DNA from: Tubulanus polymorphus
Taxonomy: Eukaryota; Animalia; Nemertea
Direction of reading: 5' to 3'
DNA: 64,000 nt
Assembly: GCF_964204645.1 (NCBI RefSeq)
Contig: NC_134035.1
Span: 9,456,451 to 9,520,450, forward strand
Within the stretch, counting starts at the first letter, position 1, and every line of letters starts with the position of its first letter. Shown in pieces: positions 1-14,223 of this stretch. A program made the position numbers and the translations under genes. Below the pieces are notes generated by a model that ran no database searches, was not told the origin of the DNA, and saw only the letters and a list, made by a program, of their open reading frames with translations.

Positions 1-580
1 AAAGCTTTTTATATCTTAAGATTTTCGAGGTGTTCAATTTCAGATTTTGGTATGAACTGTTTAGCCGTTGAAACTAAATTGAATTTATGAAGCGCCTGGT
101 ATATTGAAATAGAACGATAGTTCAAACAGCAGTTCGAGGTATTTTTCTTCTGCGCTGTGAAGCAATTTAGAAGATAAACAATTCGCATCGGTATACACGG
201 AACTGCAATTATGATATCCGGCGGTCGGTATACTGTACTCGAAGCAAAATGAGAAATCGCTCGTTCGAACCGTTCATTTAATTTCGCATACACACCCCGA
301 ATAGCCCGTACGGTCGGACGAGGAGAATAGATTAAAAGATTTCAAAAACCTACAATTAATTCGAAAAAAACGAGATTCGGTTACCAAGAATCAAAATCAA
401 AAATTAAAAAATACGATATGCTGATTGTATTTGCTCGAAATTGACCAATGAACATCGAGAATGAAGCTGAGTATGTTCACTAGCCAGCCAATCAGGAACT
501 GTGTCATTGCCGTGTACCAGAGTGCAAATATCTAACTGTAAATATGAAGAATCAGCTACGAATATATTCGCTACCAGTAT

Positions 581-788
581 ATTCGTAGCCGGCACTGGTG
601 ACAGAACCGAAAGTACGAGACTAGTGCATATTCGTAGCCGGCACTGGTGACATAACCGAAAGTTCGAGTATATTCGTAGCCGGCACTGGTAACAGAACCG
701 AAAGTACGAGACTAGTGCATTCGTAGCTGGCACTGGTGACATATCCGAAAGTACTTGTACATTCGTAGCCGGCACTGGTAACAGAACG
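581..788. repeat. minisatellite with alternating 47-49-bp and 42-bp units
   Basis: attcgtagc(c/t)ggcactggt starts at 581, 630, 672, 719 and 761. Confidence 0.9.
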
Positions 789-1399
789 TGTTAAATTTGT
801 GCGTAGCATATGTTTTAATGTTGTTACCCTGCACGAACTTTCTTATTTTCTTACAGATAAGCACGGCATGAGATTTCAAGTGTCACACGACACCGACTAT
901 TCGACCCAGATATCGCGTTGACAGATTTGTGCCGAATGTTGCTCGCGAGACTTACTGTGAATGACCTGAAAGTGGATTGTCGACGACCCTTTCTGTTGCA
1001 TCTGCTTTGAAATGCATATCGAATTAATTAATAATAACGATGTAACTAAAAAAAGAACCGCCTAAGCCTGTATCGCCTTTCAAAACGGGAAATCTACTCG
1101 ATATGACGACGGAATTCATATCATCGGTTGTTATCGAGTTTCACGATGCAGTTTATTTATAGTTCTCGCATGGCTGAAAGAGATCCATTCCCGCTGATGA
1201 AAAATCAAAATTCACAATCGCTCACCGGGAGATTTTCACTAAATTGTCAATAATATAAATTCAATGAAATTCGCGTCAATACTCGACGAATCTCGGCGCT
1301 ACAAGTTTTCAATAATTCAGCATTCAAATCTTAATGAAAAACCGTGCGAGTCCGTGTTGTACCATAATGTACGATCAAATCCTACAGTGTAAAAGAAAT

Positions 1400-1545
1400 G
1401 CAAGCCCGAAAAGGTTTCTTCTTTGAGCTAGTAGTTAATTTAAACGTTTCGGCCGTATCCTGATGATCATCGTCAGGAATACTGAAGTTAGGATATAGTC
1501 GGAACGTCGAAATAAACAACAGGCTGAAGCAAACCATTCGGACTC
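1400..1545. mobile_element. degenerate palindromic Penelope-like fragment (same family)
   Basis: Head-to-head decayed copies: aaacgtttcggccgtatcctgatgatcatcgtcaggaatact and taggatatagtcggaacgtcgaaataaac. Confidence 0.5.
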
Positions 1546-1679
1546 CCCAATCTTTTACCGATCGTTTATCGTATATCATTTATCAGCATTCAATTACGTA
1601 AGAGATTTGTTATTTTCATATCCTCTGCTTTGGCCATATACTGAACAAATTTCAATACACGCTCAATTGTAACGTTGAG

Positions 1680-1711
1680 CATGGACGTATAAACTAGTTT
1701 ATACGTCCATG
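1680..1711. repeat. perfect 32-bp palindrome CATGGACGTATAAACTAGTTTATACGTCCATG with a 7-bp flanking duplication
   Basis: Flanks cgttgag/tgttgag; related copies at 26559-26587 and 41197-41228. Confidence 0.8.
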
Positions 1712-2690
1712 TGTTGAGCCAATATCAGCGTTGCGACATTGCTAGGCATTAACCTGACTCGAGTTTCCTTATGCGGACAGAAAATGGCAAACGCCGTCTG
1801 CGCCTTATCTCACCACCGGTTGTACATCTAAACCCTTGTGAAGCGACACGACAATCATGACATTTCGCGTGTAATCTAGCGGAGAAATGCGCGTCCAATT
1901 CCGCTCTAAAAATGTGTACATCATTTATTTTATCTACTATTTTCCAGCGACCCCTTAATTTCCTATTCATTCCAGTAATGTTTAACGACGAGAGATGGAC
2001 GACCTTTTTTGCTGCGTTTCCATCCATCGTCGCGATGACGAACGAACGATCCATAATTCGATCAGAACACCAATTTGTCATACGCCACTGAACGGCGCTG
2101 TCTGTTCATGGATTTCTCTCATCCCGTCGAAGTGGTTGCTGATAGTGACGCTGGAAAAATTGGCGTCCAGAGTTTCGTTACCGCGGCCTTCGAAATGAAT
2201 TCGTCAGCGCGCTCGTTTACAGAGCAAGATAAAATCGACTCGCCGAACCTAAAAATTAGCCGCACGAAAAATCAACTCCAACTCTCAAAACTTGAAAGTA
2301 TACGTATACGAAACGACGATATCGCGAAAGATCCGCAGATCTTCAGTTTATAGCGATGTTACTAACTAAACTAGGGGATTTTCATACTGACATACAATAC
2401 GAAAAGATGTTCAAATATCTTTTAAGTTATAGACAGACAGAATGAGGCAATATCTAGTAGCATTTATTTATGTCCGCCCGTTTCTGATAGATCGAAGATA
2501 TTCGAAGATATATCCCTAATAATAAAGTATTTGAAATACTACCAAATTTCTATGCATACTGCATCAAACATCGGGCATTTTCAATAATCAAACGCTGCGC
2601 ATCGGTTGATGAAATGATTTTATTCTTGAGGAGAGAATCCCACAATGATAATAAAAAGTCCGAAAAAGAAACTTCGAGATAGTAGTTTAT

Positions 2691-2730
2691 TTCAACGTTT
2701 CGACTATATCCTAATAGTCATCTTCAGGAA
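2691..2730 (-). ncRNA. minimal hammerhead motif (CUGAAGA family) within a Penelope-like remnant spanning ~2631-3120
   Basis: On -: ttc-CTGAAGA-t-gactat-taggat-atagtc-GAAA-c-GTT-gaa. Confidence 0.65.
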
Positions 2731-5700
2731 TAATGAGATACTACAGAAATTATGAGATATATATACAATCCAGAGACAAAGAGACTAATTCAAGTAATCA
2801 GAGATGATACAAACTAAAGGAAAATTAACGTAGAAACAGTTACACGCTAAAATAGATTAAAGGGAAGCAAACTAAGGGGTGATTATAAACAACAATAGTG
2901 AGTATAAATATAAATGAAACTTAAAGTCAGTAGTAAAGTAGGGGAAATCAAGTGTTGAGTTGCCGCACGTATTTGTGGAAACAATGACGAATCGTAGATA
3001 AAAGATACAGCGGACAGTTTTAGCGATAACATCAGATTTTCGCCCGAATTTTAGTCTAACCAAGTTTCAACAGTGAACAGTTAATATAAACAAGTTCAGG
3101 GGCTAAAAGTCAACCAGTGGATTGACAATTACTATGGTATCCATCCGCCGGTTATCCTTGGCCAACTTTAGAAGAACAACTGGCCCCGGGCCTATTTTTA
3201 ATCTATCTTTATTTCTCCATTTTGATTGTAACAAAACAATACATAGCTCTACAAGAATAATGACGAAGAACACGAGATCACTATAATGGTATTGTATTGG
3301 TGATTGACAACAAGTTTTTGTTGCCTTGCATTACAAAAGAGGCAAAAAGTAGAATTATCGTTATGAAAAACTGATACTGGCTTTTTCATTTTCACCCGGC
3401 TGACCCGGGCCTGTTCTGAGAATATTGCACCTATGAGCTCCTAGCGATACTTTGAATATGTCTCCGAAACGGGGCCTGTACCAAACTTCAGCAGTGACGA
3501 AGCTTCATTTACCATCCGCGCTGCTTCCATCGCCAGTAATGCAACTTCGCCGAATTGATCGGATGTTGTCGCCTTTGGCGAGGTATTAAGCCAGAACCGC
3601 GGAACCCGGAAACTAGCGTAATACACAAGTCGAAGAGCGTAACTGATTGCATTGCGATACGGGCTTAATCAGAAACAGGGAGAAGAGAAAGTCTGGGAGA
3701 ATAGGAAATATAGAAGAAAACGATTCTAGAGAAAATGCAGTATAAGCTATTCAACACCACACCGAAATGCAATCTATCATAACGCTGCTCTTGGAGTCGT
3801 CAATGTTATCGGGGTTCACGGAGAAAATCTCCCCTGTAACGAAAATTATACAAGCTTCGCCATACAGATGAAAGGCGTTACAAGAAATACAATACAAATA
3901 CAGTCCTTCTATTTTCTTGGAAAATATAATCGTCAGAAATCAATTTGTGAAGGTAGCGACTTATACAGTTGTATAACTGTTTGGGGGAATTGGACCCTGG
4001 TTTTACTAGTTAAGAGGATAACAACATCATCCAAAAAGAAAAACAATGTGCACGTTGTGACATTGACCAATGTCAAGCAAACGGCCTTGAACAGAACAGA
4101 GAGGATCGGACAAAAACTTCCATCAATTTGTAAGTTAAAAGAAACATCATCAAGGGATTTGCGGTGAAGAGGGCTTTCTTTGAACCATGTTTCTGTTAAA
4201 ATACTAATTCTTACTCGTTGAACAAGCGTCTCATCGATAGCTCGGCGTTAAAAGAACAATGGCCGTATAGCACTCCAAGGATTCGAGTCCCGACGACTAA
4301 TACCTATTTTCGTTAATAAACTTAACTTTCATTGAAATCAAATTTAGTTTTTGTTGTTATCTATCACTAACAATATTGTCTGCGAAACTATTTTGAGCTT
4401 ATCAAAGACGGTTCTATTATTCTATGTATTGCATAAAATCTTAAGCCGATCACATCCTTATTACAACAAAGGTTGGGGCTTATTCTAAAGGAAAAGACCC
4501 AGACATATGCTCATTTGATAATTGGCTTTTTGAGCTTTTATTATTAAGGCGCGAGTGAAGAATGAACAAGCGAAACCGTATTATCAATGTTGTAAAGAGA
4601 AATAAGATATTAAGACGTTGACACAATGCCGCTACAGCTATCAGATACAGTTACAATAACGATAAGCACTCAGTGATACGGGGAGGAGCAGGAATTTTAT
4701 CAGGTAATCTAATATGTCGTTCAGTGTCTTTGAATGATGAGCCAATATACACCGGGGTTCGTTGCAGCTGTTGCGAATTATTGAGACATCGGTCGTGGCT
4801 TATCTAACGCTCTACCGTGCCAGTAAACTCTATCATCGACGATTAATCATAGCAGCCCCGGTTCTAACACGACGCCTCCTCGGTCGGCTGCCGTATAACG
4901 ACGCCTGCGCGAAATCAAAGTCGTCACGCCGTAATAAATATTCCATACGTTCGTTAACTCTGTCGTCGCCGTCGGCTATCGATGCATAGTCCCCTCGCAA
5001 CTCACGATATGAACTATTCATCCTAAAAGCCCATTCTAGGAAGTTGAATTGTTCCCACTGTTGATCTCCGTTGGTCTGCGATCCTATAGTGTACACGAGA
5101 CACTAAGATTCTTGGTGAAAGAAACGGGAGACATGTTTCCGAACGTTTCCTTGTGCCGTTTACGTTTACGAGAAACGGGAAACATGGTTTCGGGAAAAAC
5201 GTTTTTCATGTGTTTCCCTATTTCCCTGCGCTGTTTGCTTTGGGCTTGCGGGCTCAACTTCTGCCATTCAGTCACTCAGTTCAATGACTACATTTTTAAA
5301 GTGTCTACCCTGTAGTTGGGCAAAAGCTGAAAATTCTACTAGACTTAAGCTTGTGTACCAGAAAAGACTCAAGGTTTATTTCGCTACCGCTAAGAACAGA
5401 TTGTAACACGTTTTCTAATTGATAAATATCTCATTTTTGCCTGTCAGAATTGGTCTCTGTTGGTGGAATGTTGCTCCCTTGGTGCAGGGACACGTCATTA
5501 TATGAATATCCTGAAACTAGGCTGCGCGTAGGTGTCGTGTTTACTAATTACTCAGCTAACACTTCGATTTAAAAACTGCTGAATCAAAGATGGATGTATG
5601 AAAATAGATGCATAATATGCGCCGTTGTTATTTGGAGAGTATTACCGAATACAGACCGATCAAACATTGCCGAGTCTATTTCGAGTTAATTAAAACGAAA

Positions 5701-8700
5701 CCCTTGCTTTCTATAAACAACCGACTAACTAATAACGTATTGAAGAATCTTTCGCGTTCGTTATTTCGAAAGTAACAATAGAAATCCACCGGGTAATATG
5801 AATGTTCTGTCGTTAAGAAACAGATGAAAAAGAAAACAAACAAATCCATCTTCAAAAAGTCTAACTTTCAAAGGATATATTATTAGAACCGCTGAAACTG
5901 TTGTTTCTTTTCATCTTTAAAGAATATGCAAGAATGTCTTTATACTCTGATATTTGTGAATTTGAATATGATATCGCAAATTGAAGGCCCATTTTAAATA
6001 ATTGCTAATGAACTTCATTTAGAAAAAATTAAAACATATCTCAAATTCTATATTGTATAATAGGCTTCAGTAAATTCTATTCTTTTGATTCCTATCTAAA
6101 ATATGTTGAGATGAATTCTAAACTAATTCATTTGAAAAAGTCTCAGTTAGTTAAGATATTCCTATGATAGTATATTATTCTAGTTCCCACTCACCTTACG
6201 TAAAAATCAAACCCCAACCACGCTCGTTTGTTTTTATGCGTCGAAAAGGCGTCAAAACTACGATATGAATACCATTCGTCAATAAAGCGACGGAGAGGTC
6301 CGTAATCCAATTTCAGCGCGAACAGAGCGAGCGGGAGATAGAGAGTGTCGCACCGATGATGGCTACCGTGAAAATACAACTTCATCAGCGGCAGCAGCAG
6401 CAGCAGCAGCGGCGGCAGCAGTGTCAGCCGCTGCATCAGCGATCAACAGCTACACACAGCGACAAGCTGATCGAGGACAGTGAGCGCCGTGTTTGCGTGT
6501 GAGCCCCCTCCCCATCTTCCTCGTCGTCCGAATATCACGACTTGTAGGCATCGATAGCGATCAGACACGAAAACTAAACGTCGAAGGCTGTTTTCGAAAT
6601 GTGATCTGTACACGGAAACATAATCGATGATGTCACGTTATTCCTTCAAATGTTTAAAAAAAATAATAGTTTTACGAACGCCAAAACGTTTTTAATTTCT
6701 CAATACATACATAACCATATTCTTGTGAATATTTTGATTATTTCGACATGATATTTTTAAATGATCTAATTGATTTACGAATAACTACGTATCTTGATCA
6801 CGCGTTTTACTTGGCATCAGAAAATCAATTATGCGAGCTTTTGATGATCTTTTCTATTAAGGTACAGGCGGCAAAATCGAACTTTTTCGTGACCCATGGT
6901 ACATTTAATGAAAACTCTATTAGATCGGGCCCGTCGATGCGAAAGGAGTCACTGCTGCCCATAGGCGTACTGTCGGTGTGCCAATATATTGCAATATCGC
7001 ACTGAGTATATTTCTAACCCAGTTTCAGAGGATCGATAGACTTTGTTGTTATTCGCCACGGGGAAAGTCGTAGTCGATATTTACTTATTTACTTGTCTGC
7101 CAAGCGGAATTTTTCCGTCGGCAATGTCGACTTAGGTTCTGGACGAGTGCTTCCGTTATCCCGTGGGTGACCCACACAATCGACAAGAACAACTAATTAG
7201 ATACCGATTTATTCAAAACTCTCACGATGTAAACTATTTCCTCAGATTAAGGTGAGTTTTTGACAGGATAATAAGTTCTTTGAATATGAAATGACAACGC
7301 AAACACCTGTTTCCAGGACTACCAGTTTTTCCCCATTCCGTAACGTAGGCCTTTTCGTGGAAAAACTGTTTCTATACAATTCATAGTTTATTAATGAATG
7401 ATGTAGACGCGCAGTGGTAAATCTATAAACGGTTATAACGAAAATGAAATGCGAGACTAGTGATGAACACAAAAGAAAAAAAGAGAATTCGTGTATGCAA
7501 GGATATATATGAACAAAAAAACTAACTTGAAAGTTTATTGACACCTTGAAAACCAACACGACACATATTATACTTAATACTGTCGACAATAAAAGAAGAT
7601 GATATCAATTATATACACATGCAATATCGAAGATTAATAAAGTTATTTCAGATTTGAATATATCAATGATTGAATTGAATTGAATTGACCGGCAACCAGT
7701 CTAATCCCAATATATTGATGACGTAGCACACATCCTCTCAAAATTGATTATAAAAATTTATCAGGAATAAAATAAGAGTTATAAAATGTATTAAGCTACA
7801 AAATAAATGCCAAAATTCACAATCGTAATTTTTATTTTGAAATGCCAATAATGCCAGACAGGACCTCTCGAATAACGCGTACTAGGTATCAATGTATATA
7901 AACATTATTGCAACGGTTTTTACGGCGTCAAAAAGATGGCAAGAATGTCGTCTTGTAGCGCGTAGAATCGCTCAGCCTGCGGGTATGCAATCGACAATAC
8001 ATTTCTTGCTTTTCATTACCCCCGTTCGACGCAGCCGAGCCAATGCGACGAAACGAAGATATTGGTAAAATAATCGCTTTCGTTATTACGGTATAGAAAA
8101 TGGACGCCGATGGGTGTCGTCGTCGTTGTTGTTTTTTACGCGGTTCATTTCGCGAAAATATGACGTCTTCGCGGCGACGCAGGACGCCGGCTGCAGAAAA
8201 TCATACCCGCAGGACTAACCCTGGTTTAATAGAAAATATGTATATCAGGCATACAACTTTGGCGCGCTAATGATTCGAGCATTTTACCCGTTCGCCAGTA
8301 ACGAGTTATTGCCAACTTTGATGATTGGCTTTCGGTGTAAATTCGAGCGCGGTTTATATACTAGGAGATTAAACGACTCGTTCATTCGGGTTGCTTTCCT
8401 TCGCGATGCCAGAACTCGACAATTCGATTGCGTTTTTCTCTCTCCTATAACGCGGCAGCGGTAAGTGGCGTCCTTGAGGTTGGCTGCCGACTCGATTGCC
8501 GGCGAGATTTTATTATCAAATTCATTCGACCGTATACTAAATTTGCGATGAAATAAAATTAAGCATGAAAAGAAAGTAGGATCGAATAAGGGAACAGAAA
8601 TGTAAATTCCACAACTTGAAATCGTATATAAGAATCGGCTCAACGAAGTTGGTCGTTGAGGGCAGATGGATATTTTTCGTGCTAATACATTTTTGAATAG

Positions 8701-10003
8701 ATCTTCACAGCATCTTTTAACAAACGAACCAAACACACTACATACGTCGCCGAATCTCTTTTAACGTCGTCCCTAAAATGACCTGAGGCAAATGGAATCA
8801 ATCCAATCCACGGTAATTACGTTCTATCACGATTAACTAGTCTAAATCCCTTTTGATTAAACGTACAGCCCCAATCTCTCCCTCTCTCTCCCCCTCTCTC
8901 TCTCCCTCTCTTATTGAACCGCACGCAAAGTGGCGTTCATGTTAATTTTCTGACAAGGACGTGTCGACGGTGTAGCTGCTCTAAGTTTAATCCTCGCCAT
9001 GGCCAGAGTTACGACCGCTGAATTAACAACTGGAATAAATGCGCGCTCGCACGATGTCATATACTCGATACCGAACTATCTTTCAATCAAATCCCTAGCT
9101 TTCATTACTTAAGTCAAATGCAGGCCTTGGCTTATATAATCTCCGTATGCAAAATCCCATAATGAAGCGAAATCCATGGAAAAAAGCTCATAAAATGTTT
9201 TCAAGTCAAGCAATAGATTTTGTGCAAAAAATGACTTTTTCCATTTTCATGTCTCCTGGTTACATTTAATGTCAGACACAAAATCCCACAATCAATTATG
9301 ACATTACGACTCCCTCTTTCATCGATCCGCTGAAAATAGCTCGCTCGACCTAATAGACCTTTAAAAAGCGTTCTGCGTTTTGTAAACAAAAACACCAGGG
9401 AACTTCAATCTTATCATTAGACGTATCTTCAAAGGGGTACATTTTCATTTGCTTTCCGAGCGTTTGTTTGTGCAATCCGCGTAAGTGATGCTTTCAGGTG
9501 GGTTTCTGCTAAGTCTTCTGAAAACCGCGTGACGTCTACGGAGAGGTGACAACCGAATACCATTCCCCAGAGTCTGATGAAGGATTGATGAGTGCGTCGC
9601 CGCTCCTCGCGTTCAGGCGACTAATTGTTTGCACCGCCGATGTATCCATGGAGATTTTACAGTCAAAACCACCTGGGGTCCCGGCGGTGGCCGTTGTTAA
9701 CGACGAAATCGAGAGCGGGAAGTTCAGCCGGAAAAATCGTTGCCAAAGAATTAATGTTATGTTATTGATGGACGAAACGAAAACCATCAATATTCACCTA
9801 GCCAACTGTCACAGACATAACGATACCTTTGTGTATCGCTGCATATGAAGCACTTCCCCGGTTGTTTTTTTCTTATTGCGGCACTTCGAAACTATCGACA
9901 TTCATATTTTTCTCGCACCCAACCATCGATCATTTTGTCTACGCGTTAAGTGACGCGTTCAGGATAATTCCTATTCATATTAAATGAAAGCAACGGAAAT
10001 GAA

Positions 10004-10156
10004 TCTCCCTCTCCCTCTCCCTCTCCCTCTCCCTCTCCCTCTCCCTCTCCCTCTCCCTCTCCCTCTCCCTCTCCCTCTCCCTCTCCCTCTCCCTCTCCCT
10101 CTCCCTCTCCCTCTCCCTCTCCCTCTCCCTCTCCCTCTCCCTCTCCCTCTCCCTCT
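10004..10156. repeat. (CTCTCC)n hexamer microsatellite, ~25 copies
   Basis: Uninterrupted homopyrimidine tract. Confidence 0.95.
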
Positions 10157-11287
10157 GCTGAGCTCTCGAAACCCTAGACGGCAGAACTCGCGCGCATTCA
10201 TTGCAAAACGCTTCGGCGCGTGAATTATTGCGCATGGTTACAAGTTGACGACGTGTAGAAAGTTTAGACTCTGCTGACGAATATATCTGATGAAATCATC
10301 ACGTCTTCTCTTACGAGTTGATGATTAATAAACCACGGCTGCTGCTGCTGTTGCAGTCGTGCCCGTGTTTGTGTAAGAAGTATCAACCGGTTCCAATTAA
10401 AACTAATTCCACGTCGAGCACATTGCGTGTAGCAGGTATAGCGACGCAGAAGTCGTGACGTCATGATTCGTCGTTGTCGTTGGCGGTGGAGAATTTCCTC
10501 GCGAGCTGCAAAGAAACGCGATTGAAATTTACCGTTCGTACGGCCCGATGCACGCACTGGAACTAGACACGCCACCCTTATTGAACATTTCGCTTCAGCT
10601 TATCAAGATAAGATAAGATAAGATATAGATTTCTCCCAACTGAGAAATACAGTATAAAAAGTCAATCATATTCAACATACGTTAACAGAAATAGATGCAA
10701 CGAAAAGTATAAAAGATACAATGCTTTACGAAAAAAATATACAAACGTTTTACGAATGCAAACTTTGAATTGAATCGTCATGGCACAGGTGCCCGGGGGT
10801 AGTGATCGTGTCTCTGCCTTTTGAGCTACAGTTGCCCTTTTTCGAATGATAACTGATACTTTCTTCCTCATCAATTACGCTCAATATGCTCCAAACGTCA
10901 CACACCAATATCTAACCTGAGATTTATCAGTAATTTCTTTCATCTATAGAATCCCTTACGGCAGTGTGTGGAAGTAAGGATCTCGTGGTTTTGGCCCTCC
11001 CAGGGAAGGATTCCACTCCCAATCGTTGAAAAATCCCGGGACGCCCTATGCATAGTTTTACCGTTACTTACGATAAGAACAGATATCGCGGACGCAGTTT
11101 CACGCGATCGACTCAGTTTCGAACCGAAATTGTTCGGTTCCGTTGTTCTGAGGAGTCGTATCAGAACTACAAATGGTCGGATCTAATCAAATCAAATCAT
11201 TACATGGTTTGTCATCCGTTTTGATATTTCGTTTGTTTGTGAATGTTTGCTAAAGATGTGTACACAAATCTAGTGTGCATTATCAGA

Positions 11288-11424
11288 ACCAGGGGCCGGT
11301 TTCACAAAGCGTAATTAACTTAAATTATAATTAGGACCTTAATCATGATTAAATTTCATTAATCATGATTAGTGGTTTAATCATAATTAAGGGTTAATTA
11401 CGCTTTGTGAAACCGGCCCCTGGT
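11288..11424. mobile_element. fold-back MITE (GGGCCGGTTTCACAAAG ends, CWG flanks)
   Basis: ~32-bp perfect inverted ends, extended imperfectly to the centre. Confidence 0.8.
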
Positions 11425-12238
11425 GTTTTAAAACGGTCACTTTTCGGTAGTAGACTCTTTCAAACAGCAACTATAGAACACCAACCGAATTGAAGGGTAG
11501 ACTATTTCAGAGTGACTGTTTTGAAATGTATACTACTGGAAAAGTAGCCGATATTGTTAATTGCTTATTTTCCTCAAGTGGCTACTAAGTAAAAGTAGAG
11601 CTCAAAAGTGCGATAGACATGTTCTTGGATTCAGCCTTTCATTTGGACGTAACGCACAATATCCGCAACGTTCTGTATGTGCAGTTTTATGATACTGTGT
11701 ATGTCGAGGAAATTACACGCGGATGTCGAATGTCGAATGCCTCATATCTCCAATCGATTCGACGTTCGAGTTTTTCCTGATAAAGCAAATATTGATATTC
11801 GCCGGTAAACAGAAACGATGTACGACTCTCTGATCGGCGTTTATCTCGAGACTAATGGAAAACTCATTCATAATTGACGTTCGATCATTGATGGATGTGA
11901 CGAAGAACGATCGTAAATATCGTTCGGTATCACCGTGTCTTTCGAAACGACGATAACATTCACTTTAATTTATGTCCGGTCAGGTTTCCAATTCTTCGAC
12001 GGTAACGTCAGAATAGATCGTATAGAGATACACTTCTTGTCAGTTGTAACTTTGTGACATATTGTAGCGAGCGTCGTAATGAACGAAGATGAATTTGTTT
12101 CCTTCCCTAGTCAGGGGCGGATCTAGAAAACACTGTTGAAGTACAACTTATTAAAGACGGCATAATACACGATAAACGAGGGGTCAGAAAATCTTAGAAT
12201 TTTGGTGCAATTTCCAAGAAAAAAATGGATTCCTGGAC

Positions 12239-12349
12239 CCAGTTCCACAGTTCTGTGTTAAGATTTGACTAAGAGTTAACTCATTGAAAATTAACTAATT
12301 TTAACTCAGAGTTAACCCTAACTCAGAGTTAACCCAACTGTGGAACTGG
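12239..12349. mobile_element. fold-back MITE (CCAGTTCCACAG ends); second copy at 34993-35094
   Basis: ccagttccacagtt / aactgtggaactgg with internal agagttaact motifs. Confidence 0.7.
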
Positions 12350-12589
12350 ATGCTGATGCTTTCTATGAAATTTACTGCATTGAGATGTAGTTTGCAGGCA
12401 ACAAAGATAAAATCCGGTGTTGCCTTTTTGCTGAAAATTATCTGCCTCGTCTTGTAAAGTTGTGCTATTTTCTACTTTTGGGATTGATAGGGACGACTAA
12501 ATTCAAAAAAAGAAAAGGACGCGACAGTATTTTGTGCCTAGATGTTACCGATTACATGAAATGAGTCCACAGAGAAAATATCCTAGCAA

Positions 12590-12955
12590 ATGGCCGTTTC
12601 TTTCCTAGGAAAAAGTTCGTAGATACGAAATACCCTAGGAAAATTATTCCCGCAGTACTTAGTTGATCGTGGCCGTTTCTTTACTAGGAAAAGGTCGCAT
12701 ACGCGATATCTCCTGGGAAAAATATTTGAGAGGTTATAAGTAGCACAAAATTACCGTTTCTCCCGTAGGAAAAAAAGGTTAATAGCTAAACTGATGCTAG
12801 CCTTGGAACAAATTAATTTGTTCAAAATGACGGATTCTCACCTAGAAAAAAGTTCGTAGATGCAATAACTCTAATAGGAAAAACATTATTTCGTGGTCAT
12901 TATAGCAATACAACTAACATTGCCGTCTCCTTCCGGAAAAAGTTCCAGATTACTA
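12590..12955. repeat. degenerate ~80-bp tandem repeat, ~5 units
   Basis: Recurring gccgtttct..ctaggaaaaagttcgtagat near 12591, 12670, 12752, 12828 and 12921. Confidence 0.65.
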
Positions 12956-14140
12956 CGTCATAAAAGGTCGGTTTTGTAATTCATTAGACGTTCAACAAAA
13001 CCCGGCAGCAGCAGTAGTTCCCTATCCGTATAATTCTACACAAGAAAAAAAAACTAACGAAACCAATCTATCTTCCTACTCATTCATTTTTGTAGGCGTC
13101 GTATGAGGCTAATAACTAGCTTCCCAAATAAACGCGCCGCGCATTAAACTCGTACGATTTGTTGTCGTTTTATTGTCGTAAATATTCAGGTCAGGAAGCC
13201 TATAATACCGGCAACAGATTAAGACCGAGTGAGAGAGAGAGAGAGAGCGCGCGGCGCGGATATCGGGAATGTTCACTGTTTCTCTCAACGGGAATCGATA
13301 GCGCGAAAGACGTGTTCAGTTTTCAGTTGACGACTGTGAAAGCAAATCCGTTCCCCGTGGGATCCGTATTCTCTATCCCGATATAGGGTAACTCCGGAAA
13401 AATGGCATCGCGATGAAGTCGGTGTTTTAAATCCCCCAATAGGCGCGGGACCTCTTCCCACGCTGGTTAAAATGAGGATTTCCTGGCGAAGTTATCAGAT
13501 TTCAGAATTAAAATCGGAAAATCTAATATCGTAGTGACAATGAAAAACGACCTTAATTCATCGTTTTAATACATGGGATCGTTGCGGTATTTCTCTTTCA
13601 GTTCAAATATTCCAAATATGCTTCTGAGATGTAACTATCTCATTTGCTGTGATGAAGTAATTAATTTTGTATACGATTTCCGATTCAAGCAAAGTGTAGA
13701 TTGTCAAGAAATTATTGATCATATAGACGAAATTTTTTTTATCATACTAAAAACCTGCGCTTCGTGACAGATTTTCTATAGTTTTAAAATCCTTTTTATG
13801 TATACGTCGCAGTTTTTACAATGCAGAGTTTATATCAAACGATTAAGCAATTTCTTGTAGCATTTACTATCAGTGCTGATCAAGCGGGTTCGAGTCCTGC
13901 TGGCTGCTTAGTGACAAGCGGGCTCGAGTCCTGCTGGCTGTTTACTGTGCGGGCAACAATTTAAGGTGCAGTTCCGTCGTGAGTTTGAATGAATAATCTG
14001 AAAGGGCTTTCCTTGAGAAGCCAAGATCCAAATAACGTAAAGCAAAAAACAAACGGACAAACAAAACAACTAACAACAGGATAGGAAGTCAAACAGTCGT
14101 TTTTATGGTTAAGGATGATTTTAATTTGAAGCTAACTTAC

Positions 14141-14223
14141 CGGTAGGTGGCGGCTGGATCGATGACTATATCCGCATCCAAAGTCGAAGTTGTTGATGAG
14201 GAGGTTTCATTGACCGCTGCCAT
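14141..14223 (-). CDS. candidate first coding exon of an unidentified leftward gene (MAAVNETSSSTTSTLDADIVIDPAATYR)
   Basis: cttacag| acceptor with exon start at 14262, in-frame upstream stop, gaaaATGG start, consensus cg|GTAAGT donor (phase 2); no homology recognised. Confidence 0.35.

Noticed and set aside
581-788. CRISPR-like repeat/spacer appearance
   Set aside because: The spacers are homologous to each other, there are no cas genes and the context is eukaryotic; it is a minisatellite.
1382-1579. ORF resembling a small membrane protein
   Set aside because: Overlaps the decayed hammerhead-family palindrome at 1400-1545.
4238-4295. tRNA-like A/B-box sequence (also 13881-13940 and ~45165-45190)
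   Set aside because: No cloverleaf can be formed; at most decayed SINE heads.
1749-5096. ORFs 1749..2081, 3441..3626 and 4833..5096 on - as exons of the leftward gene
   Set aside because: No recognisable domains, and I could not join them in phase with the candidate first exons.
9975-10235. RE-, RG- and LP-repeat ORFs
   Set aside because: Translations of the (CTCTCC)n microsatellite.
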